Assembly: GCF_009914755.1 (NCBI RefSeq)
Contig: NC_060935.1
DNA: 64,000 nucleotides
Direction: 5' to 3' (one strand)
Origin: the human T2T-CHM13v2.0 reference genome, Homo sapiens
The position numbers and the translations under genes were made by a program. Each line of letters starts with the position of its first letter. Position 1 is the stretch's first letter. Below are positions 22,736 through 39,226 of this stretch, piece after piece. The notes beneath the pieces are model-generated. The model was given only the letters and a program-made list of their open reading frames with translations. It was not told the DNA's origin and did not search any database.

Positions 22736-24799
22736 TTCACATGTAACATCCTCATCTTCATCCTCATCTATATTTAACAATAAACATTTAGACAATGCCT
22801 ATGCACCTATACCCAGTCGTTGCCCAAAAGAAAAAGCTTTAAAAAATAAGGAAATTACAAAAATGGCAGTTAAGATTATGCAAAAGCACTTGCTTATACT
22901 GAGATTTCTTGATTTGGGAGAATTTGGGGTTGTGTTTAGATCTAGAGTGGCCCAGGTTCTTGCTTGAAAGACTTAATTCTAAGCCCAAAAGATAGCAAAG
23001 TGGTGGTGGTGGGGAGGAGTTCCTCTTCACCATTGGAATAGGGTGCAATGAGCAATTAACTGTTCTTTTTTCAACTGAATTGAAGAAAATGTGGGAAATT
23101 GTCCTAACTCTACCATTATTAATCTTATGACTGATATTTAACCCCTGAGGCCTCAGTATCCTCCTTTACTGAGTGGCAATAATAGATATAAGATCAATTG
23201 ATAAGTGTTACAAGCCAATATTAGAATAATTGATTGTTCAAGGGATTATATCCTCCTGTTTTATATCCTCCCATTAGCAGTACCTACCCAAAATCCTTTT
23301 AGGAAACATCTACATTACTGCCGACTTGAAAACAAACTGCCCAGTTGGGACACTGTGAGGGATGACAGAATTTGTATTCCCGAGACACAAAGCTGCGAAA
23401 TGCCTGACAAAGAAGAATAGTTAGTGTCAGATATGCTTGATATGTCCGAGAACACTGAAGGACACTTTCCCCTGGCTCAGTTATTCATCAGTAAATGGAG
23501 GTCACAGAGAGCAAAATGACTTTCGTTTCTTCCAACTGGTCACACATAAGCAGAGCTCTAAAACCTTGAGTTTTAGGTTCCCAATTCTGAGAAAAACCCA
23601 CAGAAAATATAAAGTACAGTAGACCACAACATGGGGATGTCTCATTAACTCTCTAATAGTATTATAAATACAGAGGCACTTCTAGTGGAATAGAAAGAAA
23701 CCTCAACCAAGGAAGCAGATGACATCCATTCTAGACAAAGCCTTGTCATGTCAATATGAGGCCTTGGGAAATCACTTGAGTTTTTTGAATTTTAGTTTGC
23801 TTTTCTGGAAGACAGTGTAATGTACACCTACTTAACTATGTTGTTGAGATGGGTAGAATAAAACAAAAAACACAGGTAAAAATCCTTTGTGGATTGCCAT
23901 GTGTTATACCTGTGTGTTTGTGTGTGATACACTTTCACACACACGTGAGTTGCCAAGTGGTGTGTATATATATTTATGGTAAATATATGATGTATGTGTT
24001 TGTGTGTGTGTTTATGTATACATATCTATATACATATCTATAACTAGTGTGTGTGTGTATACATGTGAATTTTCCTGTAGTGTATATGAGAATACCTATA
24101 TACATAAATTAGATATTATCACAATTACTATTGCTATTTTTCAAGATAAATGAAACATATGTGGAATTGTTCTACTCTTCACAGCTCAGAAACCAAAAAG
24201 CAATTATCAGCTGAGAACTGGTGTGCTGTGACAACTCAAGATACATGGTGATGACAAAAGCTGCTTTTCCTAGGAGAGTGTGCAGGACATAAGAACTAAT
24301 AGCAGTTTAGAGCCAGAAGAGAGCTTCGGATCTTGAAACTTCAAATCTCAACTCCCTGATTTAAAACATGATTAAATCACAGCCCAGGGAATGTTACCTA
24401 TCCAAATTAGCAATGGGTACCAGATTGTGATAAATGAGGAACAAGAGAAAGATTAATGGCAGCATCAAATGTGGTAGATCAATTCTGATAGACAAAGAAG
24501 ACATCAAAGAAGTATCATTTGTACAAGGCTTTAAAAGATGGGTAAAAACAGGTGGAGGTTTGAAGGAGACTCCATTCAGGGAACTAAGGCCTGAAGTCAA
24601 GAGCTAACAGAGTGTGCCCATAAAATCTTATTTTAGTGAAACACAGGATATTCTGTGTGAACACTGTGCTTTCTAGGAGAAAGAGTTTGGCTATTTGAAA
24701 ACCATGAATATGTCGAAGAGTTGACATTTCTAGGAGAAAACAGAAACACAGATCATCAAATTCTTGGCAATGGAAACGCCCAACTCATTTAGGTGAAGA

Positions 24800-25036
24800 C
24801 AGTGGCCCCCAAACTTTGGCTGTACCTTAGACTCATGTGGGGATTAAAAAAAATGGTGATACATGGCCACCACTCTCAGACATTCTGATTTAGTTGGTAT
24901 GGGGTAGAACCTGGGAATGAAGATTTTTTTAAAGTGCCCTAGATATACATCAGTGTAGTGTGGGAAATTAAAAAATAAAAAAATTAATTAGAGTTTTCTA
25001 AATGTTTCCACTTTGTAGTGAAGTTGAGGACCACTG
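24800..25036. mobile_element. MER5A/B-like hAT MITE
   Basis: Terminal inverted repeats CAGTGGCCCCCAA...TTGAGGACCACTG; ATTCTGATTTAGTTGGT core. Confidence 0.7.
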
Positions 25037-25062
25037 AATAGAGCAATAAATTAAGGCACAGC

Positions 25063-25193
25063 AATATTACCTCTCTTAGGAAACTAACTAGTTACCTAGT
25101 TACTCAAGAGAGGTAGTTACCTAGCTAGCTGGCTAGTTACCTAAGAGAGGTAACATTACCAAAGACAGATAGTTTCCTAAGAGAGGTGACATT
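25063..25193. repeat. Complex 24-bp inverted/direct repeat cluster
   Basis: AATATTACCTCTCTTAGGAAACTA (25063-25086) with reverse-complement copies at 25134-25157 and 25170-25193 (22/24 each) and a partial copy at 25097-25115. Confidence 0.9.
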
Positions 25194-25544
25194 AACCTCT
25201 CCCTGAATTAACACCTCGGCATGGAGCAATCAATTAGTTATTTAAGCAAATCAGGGAAGGATGGGAAACTAGACAGTCAAATTTTGAGTGTGCTCAAGCA
25301 AACAAACACCTTTGAAAATCAGAGAGAAAGATTTTTTCCTACTGTGTGATTTTTATACGCAGTCTCATAGCAAGATTCAAATTGTCATTGTTACATGACA
25401 TTTTAAGTAAACTGCAATTATTGTATTCATTATCAAGTTTTAAAAAGATAAGTAAATAAATTGACACTGAACTATATCCAGCATTTACCAAGGGCACTAA
25501 CTAAAATGTGATATAAAACTTACAGTATTTAAAGTCTATTAATT

Positions 25545-25990
25545 TGGTCTATGAACAATAAATGCTTATTAAGTACCAACTATGTGCCAAGTGTTATTTG
25601 AGCTACTGAGAGATATAATAATAAACAAAATTTTTAAAAATACCATGACCTGTGGAGCTTAGTGTCTAATGGAGGAAACAGAAAATAAAAAAATAATAAT
25701 ATATAATGCAATATCTGGTGGTGATACAAGTATGAAGGTAAAATAAAGCAGAATTGGTAGAGAGTGATGGGGTTGAGCTTTTTAAAATTTGACTGTCAGG
25801 AGGTATCTATGAAGAAATAGTATTAATCAGAAACCTAAATTAGATGAAACGTTAGCCAGAAAATTGTAGTGAGAAAAAAACATCCAGGAAGATGGGCTAT
25901 TAGGAACAATGACTTTGAGAAGAAGATCATGCTCAGTGTGTTCGAAATATCAAACAGGCCAGGGTGTTGTAGCCAGTGATGAGTGTTAGC
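25545..25990 (-). mobile_element. L2 3' end
   Basis: TTATTAAGTACCAACTATGTGCCAAG; TGGAGCTTAGTGTCTAATGG. Confidence 0.7.
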
Positions 25991-26022
25991 TGATGAGGAA
26001 TATGAGGTCAATATGGGGCCTG

Positions 26023-26091
26023 CCCTCCCTTGCTTGCTTGCTTCCTTCCTTCCTTCCTTCTTTCCTTCCTTCCATTTTCCTTCCCTCTCCC
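26023..26091. repeat. (CTTG)n/(CTTC)n simple repeat
   Basis: Read directly. Confidence 0.85.
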
Positions 26092-27895
26092 ATTCTCTGA
26101 AGATCTAGTGGAGCAGGAAAACCAGATGATATTGGAGAGAAGAAAATTTTAGGAGCACACGCTTCCAATCCACAATGTTTTCTCTATAGTCCAGAAAGTA
26201 CTTTCATATGCACAATCACTTTTGCTCCAACTTCACAGTGAGAATAGATTTAGGCCATTCATTTACCAGATGAGTAAACACACTTGGGGACTTTAAGCAT
26301 CTTATTCAAAGGAACACAAGTGGTATAGCTATAAAATGAATTCTGTCTTATGACTGAAGTTCAGCTTTTTCTTTCTAGACATCATTCACATCATAAAGTA
26401 GATAAAATACAAAGATCATCCCCGAAGTGGCCTGCTCCATCTTTCTTTGTACATTTTACTCTACCTAATATGGAGAAACCTGATACCAAACCCTCTTGAA
26501 GAAAAGAGTTGTTTTCAGAAAAATTATGAGGCTCTTTAATGCATGAGTTTTACACAATGACCCATGTGAGGAGTTTCTGTGTAAATATTTTGAATATATT
26601 TTTATTTTTAATCAATGCAATAATATAAATATTTTCTAGGTAACAAAATATGCTTGGGATATCAAGCATCAGTATTAAAGGAAAGTAGCTTACTGAGTAA
26701 TTAGATCTTTGTTCCAATTCCGAATGAAGTCTTATTAGTTACTAAAATAATACCAAAGAGTGTTTTTGCAACACTTGAGTTAAAGTTGAAAAAAAAAATC
26801 AGAAATACCAGTCGTGTAGAAGGTAATTTTCGATTATAATAGCTCATTAGTGTGAACTATGCCAGTCCAATTATGTGTCTAGAAAATGAACATTACTTTC
26901 TCCACTGAAGAAATAAAATCATTTTAAGAGTGAAGATAGATAAAAAGGCCCCAATTAGTTCTCAATTTGGACGGGAAAAGTTAGTACATCTAGACTCTGT
27001 TGAGTAATTAGGGCTTGAGCCTTTGAAATAAAATAAAAAGTGACCCCAATATTCATAAACCAGTTCTTTCTTTTAATTAAAAAACATTTTTTTTAACGAC
27101 AATAAGCAATAGATGAAAATCTGAAAGAGATGTCATCGTTTAAGAGCAGGATGAAATCCTTTGGCTCTTCTCACAGGATTGTGTGTTAGTAAAGAGTTCA
27201 GTCATACATGAACTGGAGACAACGCAAGAAGAACATAAACTTTCAAGATAAACAGACCTAAGTTCAAATATTTTCTCATTCATTTCTAGCTGTGTGCTCT
27301 GCAGCATATTAATTTTAACCTCAGAGTCAATTTGTAGTAGACATGTATCTTCCCAGAGACTTTTGAACATGCTCTGTATATTTTAGTACTTTTAATACAC
27401 GATGTATCCTCACGTTCCAAGGGTGAATTAAAAGAAAAGCAAAATTATATTCCCTGGGTTACCTGTAAACTAGGATGCAAGCATGTGAGCATAAGGTACA
27501 ATCATCCAGGATTTGTTGTAGACAATATGATTTCATATTTAGAAAACTCAAAACAATCTATAAACAAATAAATGTATTTAGCGAAGTTATTAGATACAAG
27601 ACTTATATAAAGTAATTCTATTTCTATATATAACAGTAATAAACATAGTGAAACTTTTATTTATTTTTTTTAATTTTCTTTTTTTTTATTATTATACTTT
27701 AAGTTTTAGGGTACATGTGCACAATGTGCAGGTTAGTTACATATGTATACATGTGCCATGCTGGTGCGCTGCACCCACTAACTCGTCATCTAGCATTAGG
27801 TATATCTCCCAATGCTATCCCTCCCCACCCCCACAACCCCACAACAGTCCCCAGAGTGTGATGTTCCCCTTCCTGTGTCCATGTGATCTCATTGT

Positions 27896-31718
<3,823 letters not shown>

Positions 31719-31781
31719 TATGATGTTAGCTGGTTATTTTGCTCGTTAGTTGATGCAGTTTCTTCCTAGTCTCGATGGTCT

Positions 31782-32797
31782 TTACATTTTGGCATGATTT
31801 GCAGTGGCTGGTACCGGTTGTTCCTTTCCATGTTTAGTGCTTCCTTCAGGAGCTCTTTTAGGGCAGGCCTGGTGGTGACAAAATCTCTCAGCATTTGCTT
31901 GTCTGTAAAGTATTTTATTTCTCCTTCACTTATGAAGCTTAGTTTGGCTGGATATGAAATTCTGGATTGAAAATTCTTTTCTTTAAGAATGTTGAATAGT
32001 GGCCCTCACTCTCTTCTGGCTTGTAGGGTTTCTGCCAAGAGATCCGCTGTTAGTCTGATGGGCTTCCCTTTGAGGGTAACCCGACCTTTCTCTCTGGCTG
32101 CCCTTAACATTTTTTCCTTCATTTCAACTTTGGTGAATCTGACAATTATGTGTCTTGGAGTTGCTCTTCTCGAGGAGTATCTTTGTGGCGTTCTCTGTAT
32201 TTCCTGAATCTGAACGTTGGCCTGCCTTGCTAGATTGGGGAAGTTCTCCTGGATAATATCCTGCAGAGTGTTTTCCAACTTGGTTCTTTTCTCCCCATCA
32301 CTTTCAGGTACACCAATCAGACGTAGATTTGGTCTTTTCACATAGTCCCATATTTCTTGGAGGCTTTGCTCATTTCTTTTTATTCTTATTTCTCTAAACT
32401 TCCCTTCTCGCTTCATTTCATTCATTTCATCTTCCATTGCTGATACCCTTTCTTCCAGTTGATCGCATTGGCTCCTGAGGCTTCTGCATTCTTCAAGTAG
32501 TTCTCGAGCCTTGGCTTTCAGCTCCATCAGGTCCTTTAAGCACTTCTCTGTATTGGTTATTCTAGTTATACATTCTTCTAAATTTTTTTCAAAGTTTTCA
32601 ACTTCTTTGCCTTTGGTTTGAACGTCCTCTCATAGCTCAGAGTAATTTGATCTTCTGAAGCCTTCTTCTCTCAGCTCGTCAAAGTCATTCTCCATCCAGC
32701 TTTGTTCCATTGCTGGTGAGGAACTGCGTTCCTTTGGAGGAGGAGAGGCGCTCTGCTTTTTAGAGTTTCCAGTTTTTCTGTTCTGTTTTTTCCCCAT
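31782..32797 (-). pseudogene. ORF1: L1 ORF1p, premature stops
   Basis: MGKKQNRKTGNSK start at 32797; TGA stops at 32630-32632 and 32006-32008; EQSLQEIWDYVKRPNLRLIG and TPRHIIVRF motifs. Confidence 0.95.
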
Positions 32798-33700
32798 CTT
32801 TGTGGTTTTACTTTTGGTCTTTGATGATGGTGATGTACAGATGGGTTTTTGGTGTGGATGTCCTTTCTGTTTGTTACTTTTCCTTCTAACAGACAGGACC
32901 CTCAGCTGCATGTCTGTTGGAGTACCCGGCGGTGTGAGGTGTCAGTGTGCCCCTGCTGGGGGGTGCCTCCCAGTTAGGCTGCTCGGGGGTCAGGAATCAG
33001 GGACCCACTTGAGGAGGCAGTCTGCCCGTTCTCAGATCTCCAGCTGCATGCTGGGAGAACCACTGCTCTCTTCAAAGCTGTCAGACAGGGACATTTAAGT
33101 CTGCAGAGGTTACTGCTGTCTTTTTGTTTGTCTGTGCCCTGCCCCCAGAGGTGGAGTCTACAGAGGCAGGCAGGCCTCCTTGAGCTCTGGTGGGCTCCAC
33201 CCAGTTGGAGCTTCCTGGCTGCTTTGTTTACCTAAGCAAGCCTGGGCAATGGCGGGCGCCCCTCCCCTAGCCTCGCTGCCACCTTGCAGTTTGATCTCAG
33301 ACTGCTGTGCTAGCAATCAGCGAGACTCCGTGGGCGTAGGTCCCCTCGAGCCAGGTGCGGGATATAATCTCGTGGTGCGCCGTTTTTTAAGCCCGTCGGA
33401 AAAGCGCAGTATTCGGGTGGGAGTGACCCGATTTTCCAGGTGCCATCTGTCACCCCTTTCTTTGACTAGGAAAGGGAACTCCCTGACCCCTTTGTGTTTC
33501 CCGAGTGAGGCAATGCCTCGCCCTGCTTCGGCTCGCACACGGTGCGTGCACCCACTGACCTGCGCCCACTGTCTGGCACTCCCTAGTGAGATGAACCCGG
33601 TACCTCAGATGGAAATGCAGAAATCACCCATCTTCTGCGTCACTCGCGCTGGGAGCTGCAGACGGGAGCTGTTCCTATTTGGCCATCTTGGCTCCTCCCC
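32798..33700 (-). promoter_or_regulatory. L1 5'UTR: internal sense promoter plus antisense promoter; intact YY1 site
   Basis: CpG-rich ~900 bp; YY1 core CAAGATGGCC at 33681-33690 (minus). Antisense transcription would run toward higher coordinates. Confidence 0.88.
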
Positions 33701-33890
33701 TCAAGGTTTTAAATTTCTCTCTCCCTTCTTTTCTAATCAATGTCGTGGAATAAGTGGGAATGGGCTGCTTACTTTCTGGGACAGGACATTAAAATTCTGT
33801 CTAGAGCCTATGCCATTGCCCTGGCAAGCTGTAGGTGCTGCACACGCCAGAGTTTGGCATATGGTCCCATTTTCTTTGGCATACCCATAA
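33249..33890 (+). CDS. ORF0: L1 ORF0 with C-terminal read-through into flanking DNA (213 aa, hypothetical)
   Basis: GCAATGG Kozak context; MAGAPPLASLPPCSLISDCCASNQRDSVGVG N-terminus; no stop until 33888-33890. No expression evidence. Confidence 0.45.
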   Translation: MAGAPPLASLPPCSLISDCCASNQRDSVGVGPLEPGAGYNLVVRRFLSPSEKRSIRVGVTRFSRCHLSPLSLTRKGNSLTPLCFPSEAMPRPASARTRCVHPLTCAHCLALPSEMNPVPQMEMQKSPIFCVTRAGSCRRELFLFGHLGSSPQGFKFLSPFFSNQCRGISGNGLLTFWDRTLKFCLEPMPLPWQAVGAAHARVWHMVPFSLAYP

Positions 33891-34989
33891 GTTGCTGCCA
33901 CCACACTCCTATTGGCAGCCTGTAAAAAGCTGCCACCAGCCTTGAATCGAAACTTTTAAAAAGAAGCTTTTTAAGAACATAAAGAGACATCAGATACCTT
34001 GAAAAGTTCTGACTCAGGATTTTTATTTAGAGATGAACTACAGGAGGAAATCGGTTGGTTACAGACCAACACGAAAAAATATCAGAGGAAGTTTAGTTCT
34101 ACATCGGTTTGAGGAGGTGGCAGCTTCCTCATCCTGCAGTATCATTCTTGAAAAGTTAGACTTGAGTGTTTTTCACCAACTCTTTTAATAATTTTATGAA
34201 CTAATAATGCCCATTAATATATTTATTTTTCCTCAACCTAGAAAAATTGATTCTATTACTTGCTACTAAAAACTATAGCAATTTCAGTATTAAAACATTT
34301 AGTAGAGTAGTTCATGATGCCCAGACAGGCTTCATCAATGTTATTTCTCTTGCCTCTATCATTGGAGGAAACCGAGTTTGTAAAAATTTACTTTTGTTTT
34401 CCATCTGCATACATGAAAACCTTTCTCTGCCATTTTTCAGTCAATTTGTGGACTGTTCTTTTGAACCCATAGATAAAGCTAGTCTAAGAAAAGTCTGTGG
34501 AAGTGTTCACGTTTTTAACTTGTTTTATCAGTGGTTCCTGGAAACAGCAAGAGCTTTGGAAAAAAAATGAATTACATGTAAGAGGATGGAGACATCCTTG
34601 GGAAAATGATTAAGTATCTATTAGAGCATAGGAGAAAGACCATTCAGATGAGAGGCCACCTCTTATAGTCCATGTAGACTTAGGATATGATGGGAATGAG
34701 AGGAGATTCCTCAGATTCAGAGCATGCCCATGAGTACACCAACAAGGCCAGTCAAGTGTGTACTGCCTTTTCTCAGATCTACAAGTCATAATGTAGTATT
34801 CTAAGTAGGAGTTGGCAGAGTTGAAGCACAACTTTCAAAATAATTTGTGACTTAACTTTAGCAACTAGATAGGATAAAGCCTATGAGTGAACTGAATTCT
34901 ATCTTTTTCCAGTATTATGCTTCTGCTCTTCTAAACCTATTTTACTTGCACTGATTTCTAAATTATGTTTAATATCTATATGATTTATT

Positions 34990-35450
34990 TAAAATTCTAA
35001 ATTGAAATGGCATTTAAAAACAATGAAAGGAACTTCCATTAATACACATTTTAGCAAAGTTTGCCAAATTTATAAACATCACTAGTCTACATTCCAAGCA
35101 AGATAAATAATATTTCTATCTTCCCAGAAAGTTCTTGCATGTCACTTTTCTGTAAGTCTATCCTCCTCTACCCAAAGAAGTAGCCACTATTCTGATTTCC
35201 AGAAACAAAAATAGACCCTATTCTAAAACTTTACATGGATGTAACCATGCAGCAAGTATTCTTCTGTGTGTGGCTTGTTTTGCTCAATACAATGTTTTTG
35301 AGGTATATTAATGTTTTTATATGTATGATAAAATAGGTACCCTAGTTTTTCCCTTTTAATGCTAGCAATATCCTATTGGGAAAATGTACTATGTTTGTTT
35401 CCTTATTCTGTTGATGTATATTTGGGTTTCCAATTTCTGATTCCACTTAC
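34990..35450 (-). mobile_element. Ancient L1ME-like 3' end
   Basis: CCCAGAAAGTTCTTGCATG; TAGCCACTATTCTGATTTC; TGTGTGGCTTGTTTTGCTCAA. Confidence 0.6.
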
Positions 35451-36199
35451 CGTGTTTCTTTTGATGATAGATCAAATTTTTCTGCTTCTTTGTATATATT
35501 ATCATTATTATATTATGGGCATTATTTTTATTAAATAATTGTGAAGATTGGAGTATGACATTTTGTTTTGTTTTATTTCAAAGAGACTGTAAGCCTGTGA
35601 TTTGTGATAGTTAGGGTGAGGGTCTGTTCATTCTGGTTTTTCTTAGAACTGAGTCAAGCTGGGCTGGGTCACAGTTTTAATCACCTGGAGGACACCTGCC
35701 ATTAGCAAGGATTAAATAAGCTTCAGTTTCAGATAGTTATGGTGCTTTTAAAATTCAGTTCTGGCAGGGAATCTGAATCTAAGCACTATAAACATATGCC
35801 GAAGCACCTGGTTTCTTTCTGATTTCCTTAACCCTTTTCACAGCCACTTCTCCAACAAAATTTTGTTAAGATGTGTTTGTTTGTTGAGGGAAGAATTGTT
35901 GAGCTAAGTGATTAATTTTTGTGTTTGGGTATTTTCCAGGGACTGGTCCATCCCAATAGCCCACTCTGTAATCTCATGCTCAGTCTCTTTATCTTGGCAG
36001 GTTCACTCATCTGCCAATCTGAACCCACCCAGGAATTCACTACTACCAGTATGAATGCTGAAGGACTTCCAGCATACCAAAGAGAAGCTTATTTCTCATG
36101 GGAATTTAGTTCATCAAACTTCTTTGCATCTACCACTCTTCACTAACCCCATACAAAAATATTTTCTATTTTGTTGTACTTTTCTCTTTTTTCTGCCTT

Positions 36200-38875
36200 A
36201 TGTTATACAGATCTCCAGAACTTATTTATTTTGCATAACTGAAACTTTTTACCCTGGGTTAACATCTCCTGATTTCATCTTCCTCCAGCCTGTGGCAACC
36301 ACCATTCTACCCTTTGCTTCTATGTGTTTGATTATTGTACTCTTTACTTATAAGTAAGATCAGGTGGTATTTGTGTTTTTGTGTCTAGCTTATTTCACTT
36401 AATATAATGTCTTACAGTTTCATCCGTGTTGTTGTAACTGGCAAAATTTCCTTTAAAAAATCTGAATAATATTGCATTGTATGTATATACCATATTTTCT
36501 TTATTTGTTCTTCAATAGACATTTAGTCATTTGTTGTTTCCATATCTTGACTAGTGAATAATGTTACAATGAACACAGGAGTGCAGATATGTTTTAAGAT
36601 CCATCCTTCAATTCCTTTGGATATATACCGAGAAGAGGGATTGCTGGATCAAATCATAATTCAATCTTTAATTTTTAAAGGAAACTCCATATAGTACTTT
36701 GCATATAGTAGTTGCACTAATTTATTTCCACCAACAGTGTGCAAGAGTTCTCTTTTTTCCGTATCTTCTCCAATATTTGTCCTTTATTAAAATAATAGTC
36801 AACCTAACAGATGTGAAGTGATATCTCACTGTGGATATGATATGTATTTATCTGATAATTAATGATGTTGAGCACTTTTTAATATACCCTTTGGCCATTT
36901 GTATGTTTTTTAGAAGAAATGTCTATTTAGTTACTTTGCCTTTTTTTAACCTGGTTGTTTTTCTATTTTGCTTGTTTTTTGCTATTGAGTTGTTTCAGTT
37001 TCTTTTACGTTTTGGATATCAACTCCTTATCAGATTATGGTCTGCAAATATTATCTCCCATTTCATACGTTTACCTTTCGTTTTATTAATTGTTTAATGC
37101 TTGTTAAACAAAACAATATGTGTGTGGAAGCTTTTTAATTTGATGCAATCTTATTTGTCTATTTTTGGGTTCTTGCCCATACTTTTGGTATCATACCTGA
37201 AAAATTATTGCCCAATTCAGTGACTAAAAGCTCATTCCCTATGTTTTTTTCTAAGAGTTTCTTTGTTTCAGATTTTATATTTTTAAGTCTTTAATTCATT
37301 TTGAGTTGATTCTTGTATGTGGTGTGACAGTAAGTTTCAATTCCATATTTTTTTGCATGTAAATATCCAACTTTCCCAACATCATTCATTATTTTTACTT
37401 TTAGAGATGAAGTCTCACTCTGTCATCTAAGCTGAAGTACAGTGGTGCAATCATAGCTCACTGCTATCTTGAACTCCTGGACTTCAATGATCCTCCTGCC
37501 TCAGCCTCCCAAGTAGCTGGGATTACAGGTATAAGCCATAGTGCCTGGCTCTCAACACCATTTTTGAAAGAGACAGGTTTTTCCACTATTTTGTATTCTT
37601 GACATACTTCTTGAAAATCAGTTGACCTTATATGCACACATAGGTTTATTTCCAGACCCACTATTCCATTAGTCTATATGTCTGGTTCATTTTGTTTTAT
37701 TGCATTGTATTTTATTTTATACCAGTACCATACCAGTTTAATTACTGTAGCTTTATAATATGTTTTAAAATCGGGTGTGTGACACCTCTAGCTTTGTTCT
37801 TGCTCGAAATTGCCTTGGCCATTTGGGGCATTTTTATAGTTCCAAGTGAATTTAATATTTTTTCCTATTTTTGTAAAAAATACTATTAAAGTTAAATCTA
37901 CAGATTGTCAAATCTACAGGAAGGATAGACATTTTAACAACATTTATTCTTTCAATCCATGAACTTGGGATGGTCTTCCATTTATTTATGTCTTTTAAAT
38001 TTTTTTGGTCAATGTTTTATAGTTTCCAGTGTACAAATCTTTCTACCTCCTTAGTTAAGTTTATCCTTAAGTATTTTATTATTTTTGATGCTATTACACT
38101 ATTACAAATTGAATTGTTTTCTTATTTTCTTTTTGGACAGGTAATTGTTAGTGTACAGAAATAAAGTGATTTTGTATTTGGATTTTGTACTGTATGACTT
38201 TACTGAGTTCAGCTCTTAGTTCTAACAGGTTTTGCTTTTGTTTAGTTTTTTGTGTGGAATATGTTGATTTTTCTAAAGTATGTCATCTGCTACCAAAGAT
38301 AGTTTTACCTCTTCCTTTCTAATTTGGATGCCTTTTTTTTCTTGCCTAAATTATTTAGCTATGACCTCTAGCACTATGTTGACTATGAAAGGTGAGAGTG
38401 GGCACTCTTGCCTTGTTCAAGATCTTAGAGGAAAAGCTTTCAGCTTTAAATCATTGAATATGATGCTAGCTGTGTGGGTTTTTTTTTTTTTTTTACAAAT
38501 GAACTTTACTGTGTTGAGGTAATTTCCTCTATAATTTGTTGAGAGTTTTATCATAAAAGAGTGCTGATGTTGTTAAATGCTTTTTCTGCATTAATTGAAG
38601 TGAACATGTAATTTTTATCATTCATTCAGTTAACGAGGTTTATTACATTGACTAATCCGCATATGTTGAAACATCCTTGCATCCCAGGGATAAATCTTAC
38701 TTGGTCATGGTGTATGATGCTTTTAATGAGCTATTGTATTTGGTTTGCTAATATTTTGTTGATGATGTTAATCAGGGACACTGGCTTGTAGTTTATTTTT
38801 CTACATTGTTTTTGTCTGGCTTTAATATAAAGGCAATTCTAGCCTCATAGAATGAATTGGCAAGTATTCCCTTTG
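36200..38875 (-). mobile_element. L1MA-type element (3' ~2.5 kb), interrupted by a FRAM
   Basis: CAGATCTCCAGAACTTATT; GGGATTGCTGGATC; GATCTTAGAGGAAAAGCTTTCAG; CATCCTTGCATCCCAGGGATAAATC. Confidence 0.85.
37390..37549 (-). mobile_element. Alu monomer (FRAM-like)
   Basis: Single right-arm monomer with J-type TCATAGCTCACTGC; near-TSD CAACATCATT / CAACACCATT. Confidence 0.8.
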
Positions 38876-39089
38876 CAAGGCTTTTTTGGTTGACACAGGA
38901 GTGAAGGTCTTCTTTGGTTTTCTATATCCTAAATGGAAGCAGATGTTTTATTCATATACTTATTTAAATATGTCCATATTATTTGTATTCATTTTAGTAA
39001 CTGCATTGCTTTTTAATAGGGAAGACAAAAAACTATGAAGAAAAAAAGAAGAAAGGAAGAAGGGTAAAGAAGAGGAGAAAGGAAGGAAA

Positions 39090-39226
39090 TGTCAGCTCAG
39101 TAAGAGCAGGTATTTTTGTCCATTTTGTTCATTGCTTTATCCAAGTCTCTACAACTGAACTGGTATATAAAAAGTACTCAATAAGCAGTTGCTTAATAAA
39201 TGTATGAGTAAAGAAATGAATAAATA
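39090..39226 (+). mobile_element. L2 3' end
   Basis: TGTCAGCTC..GAGCAGG..TTGTTCATTGCT..TACTCAATAA..ATGAATAAAT. Confidence 0.65.

Noticed and set aside
25063-25193. CRISPR-like repeat-spacer array
   Set aside because: Mixed orientations, irregular spacing, spacers made of the same motif, primate context, no cas genes.
27140-27370. 76-aa ORF in unique sequence
   Set aside because: No recognisable domain or convincing splice signals; length compatible with chance.
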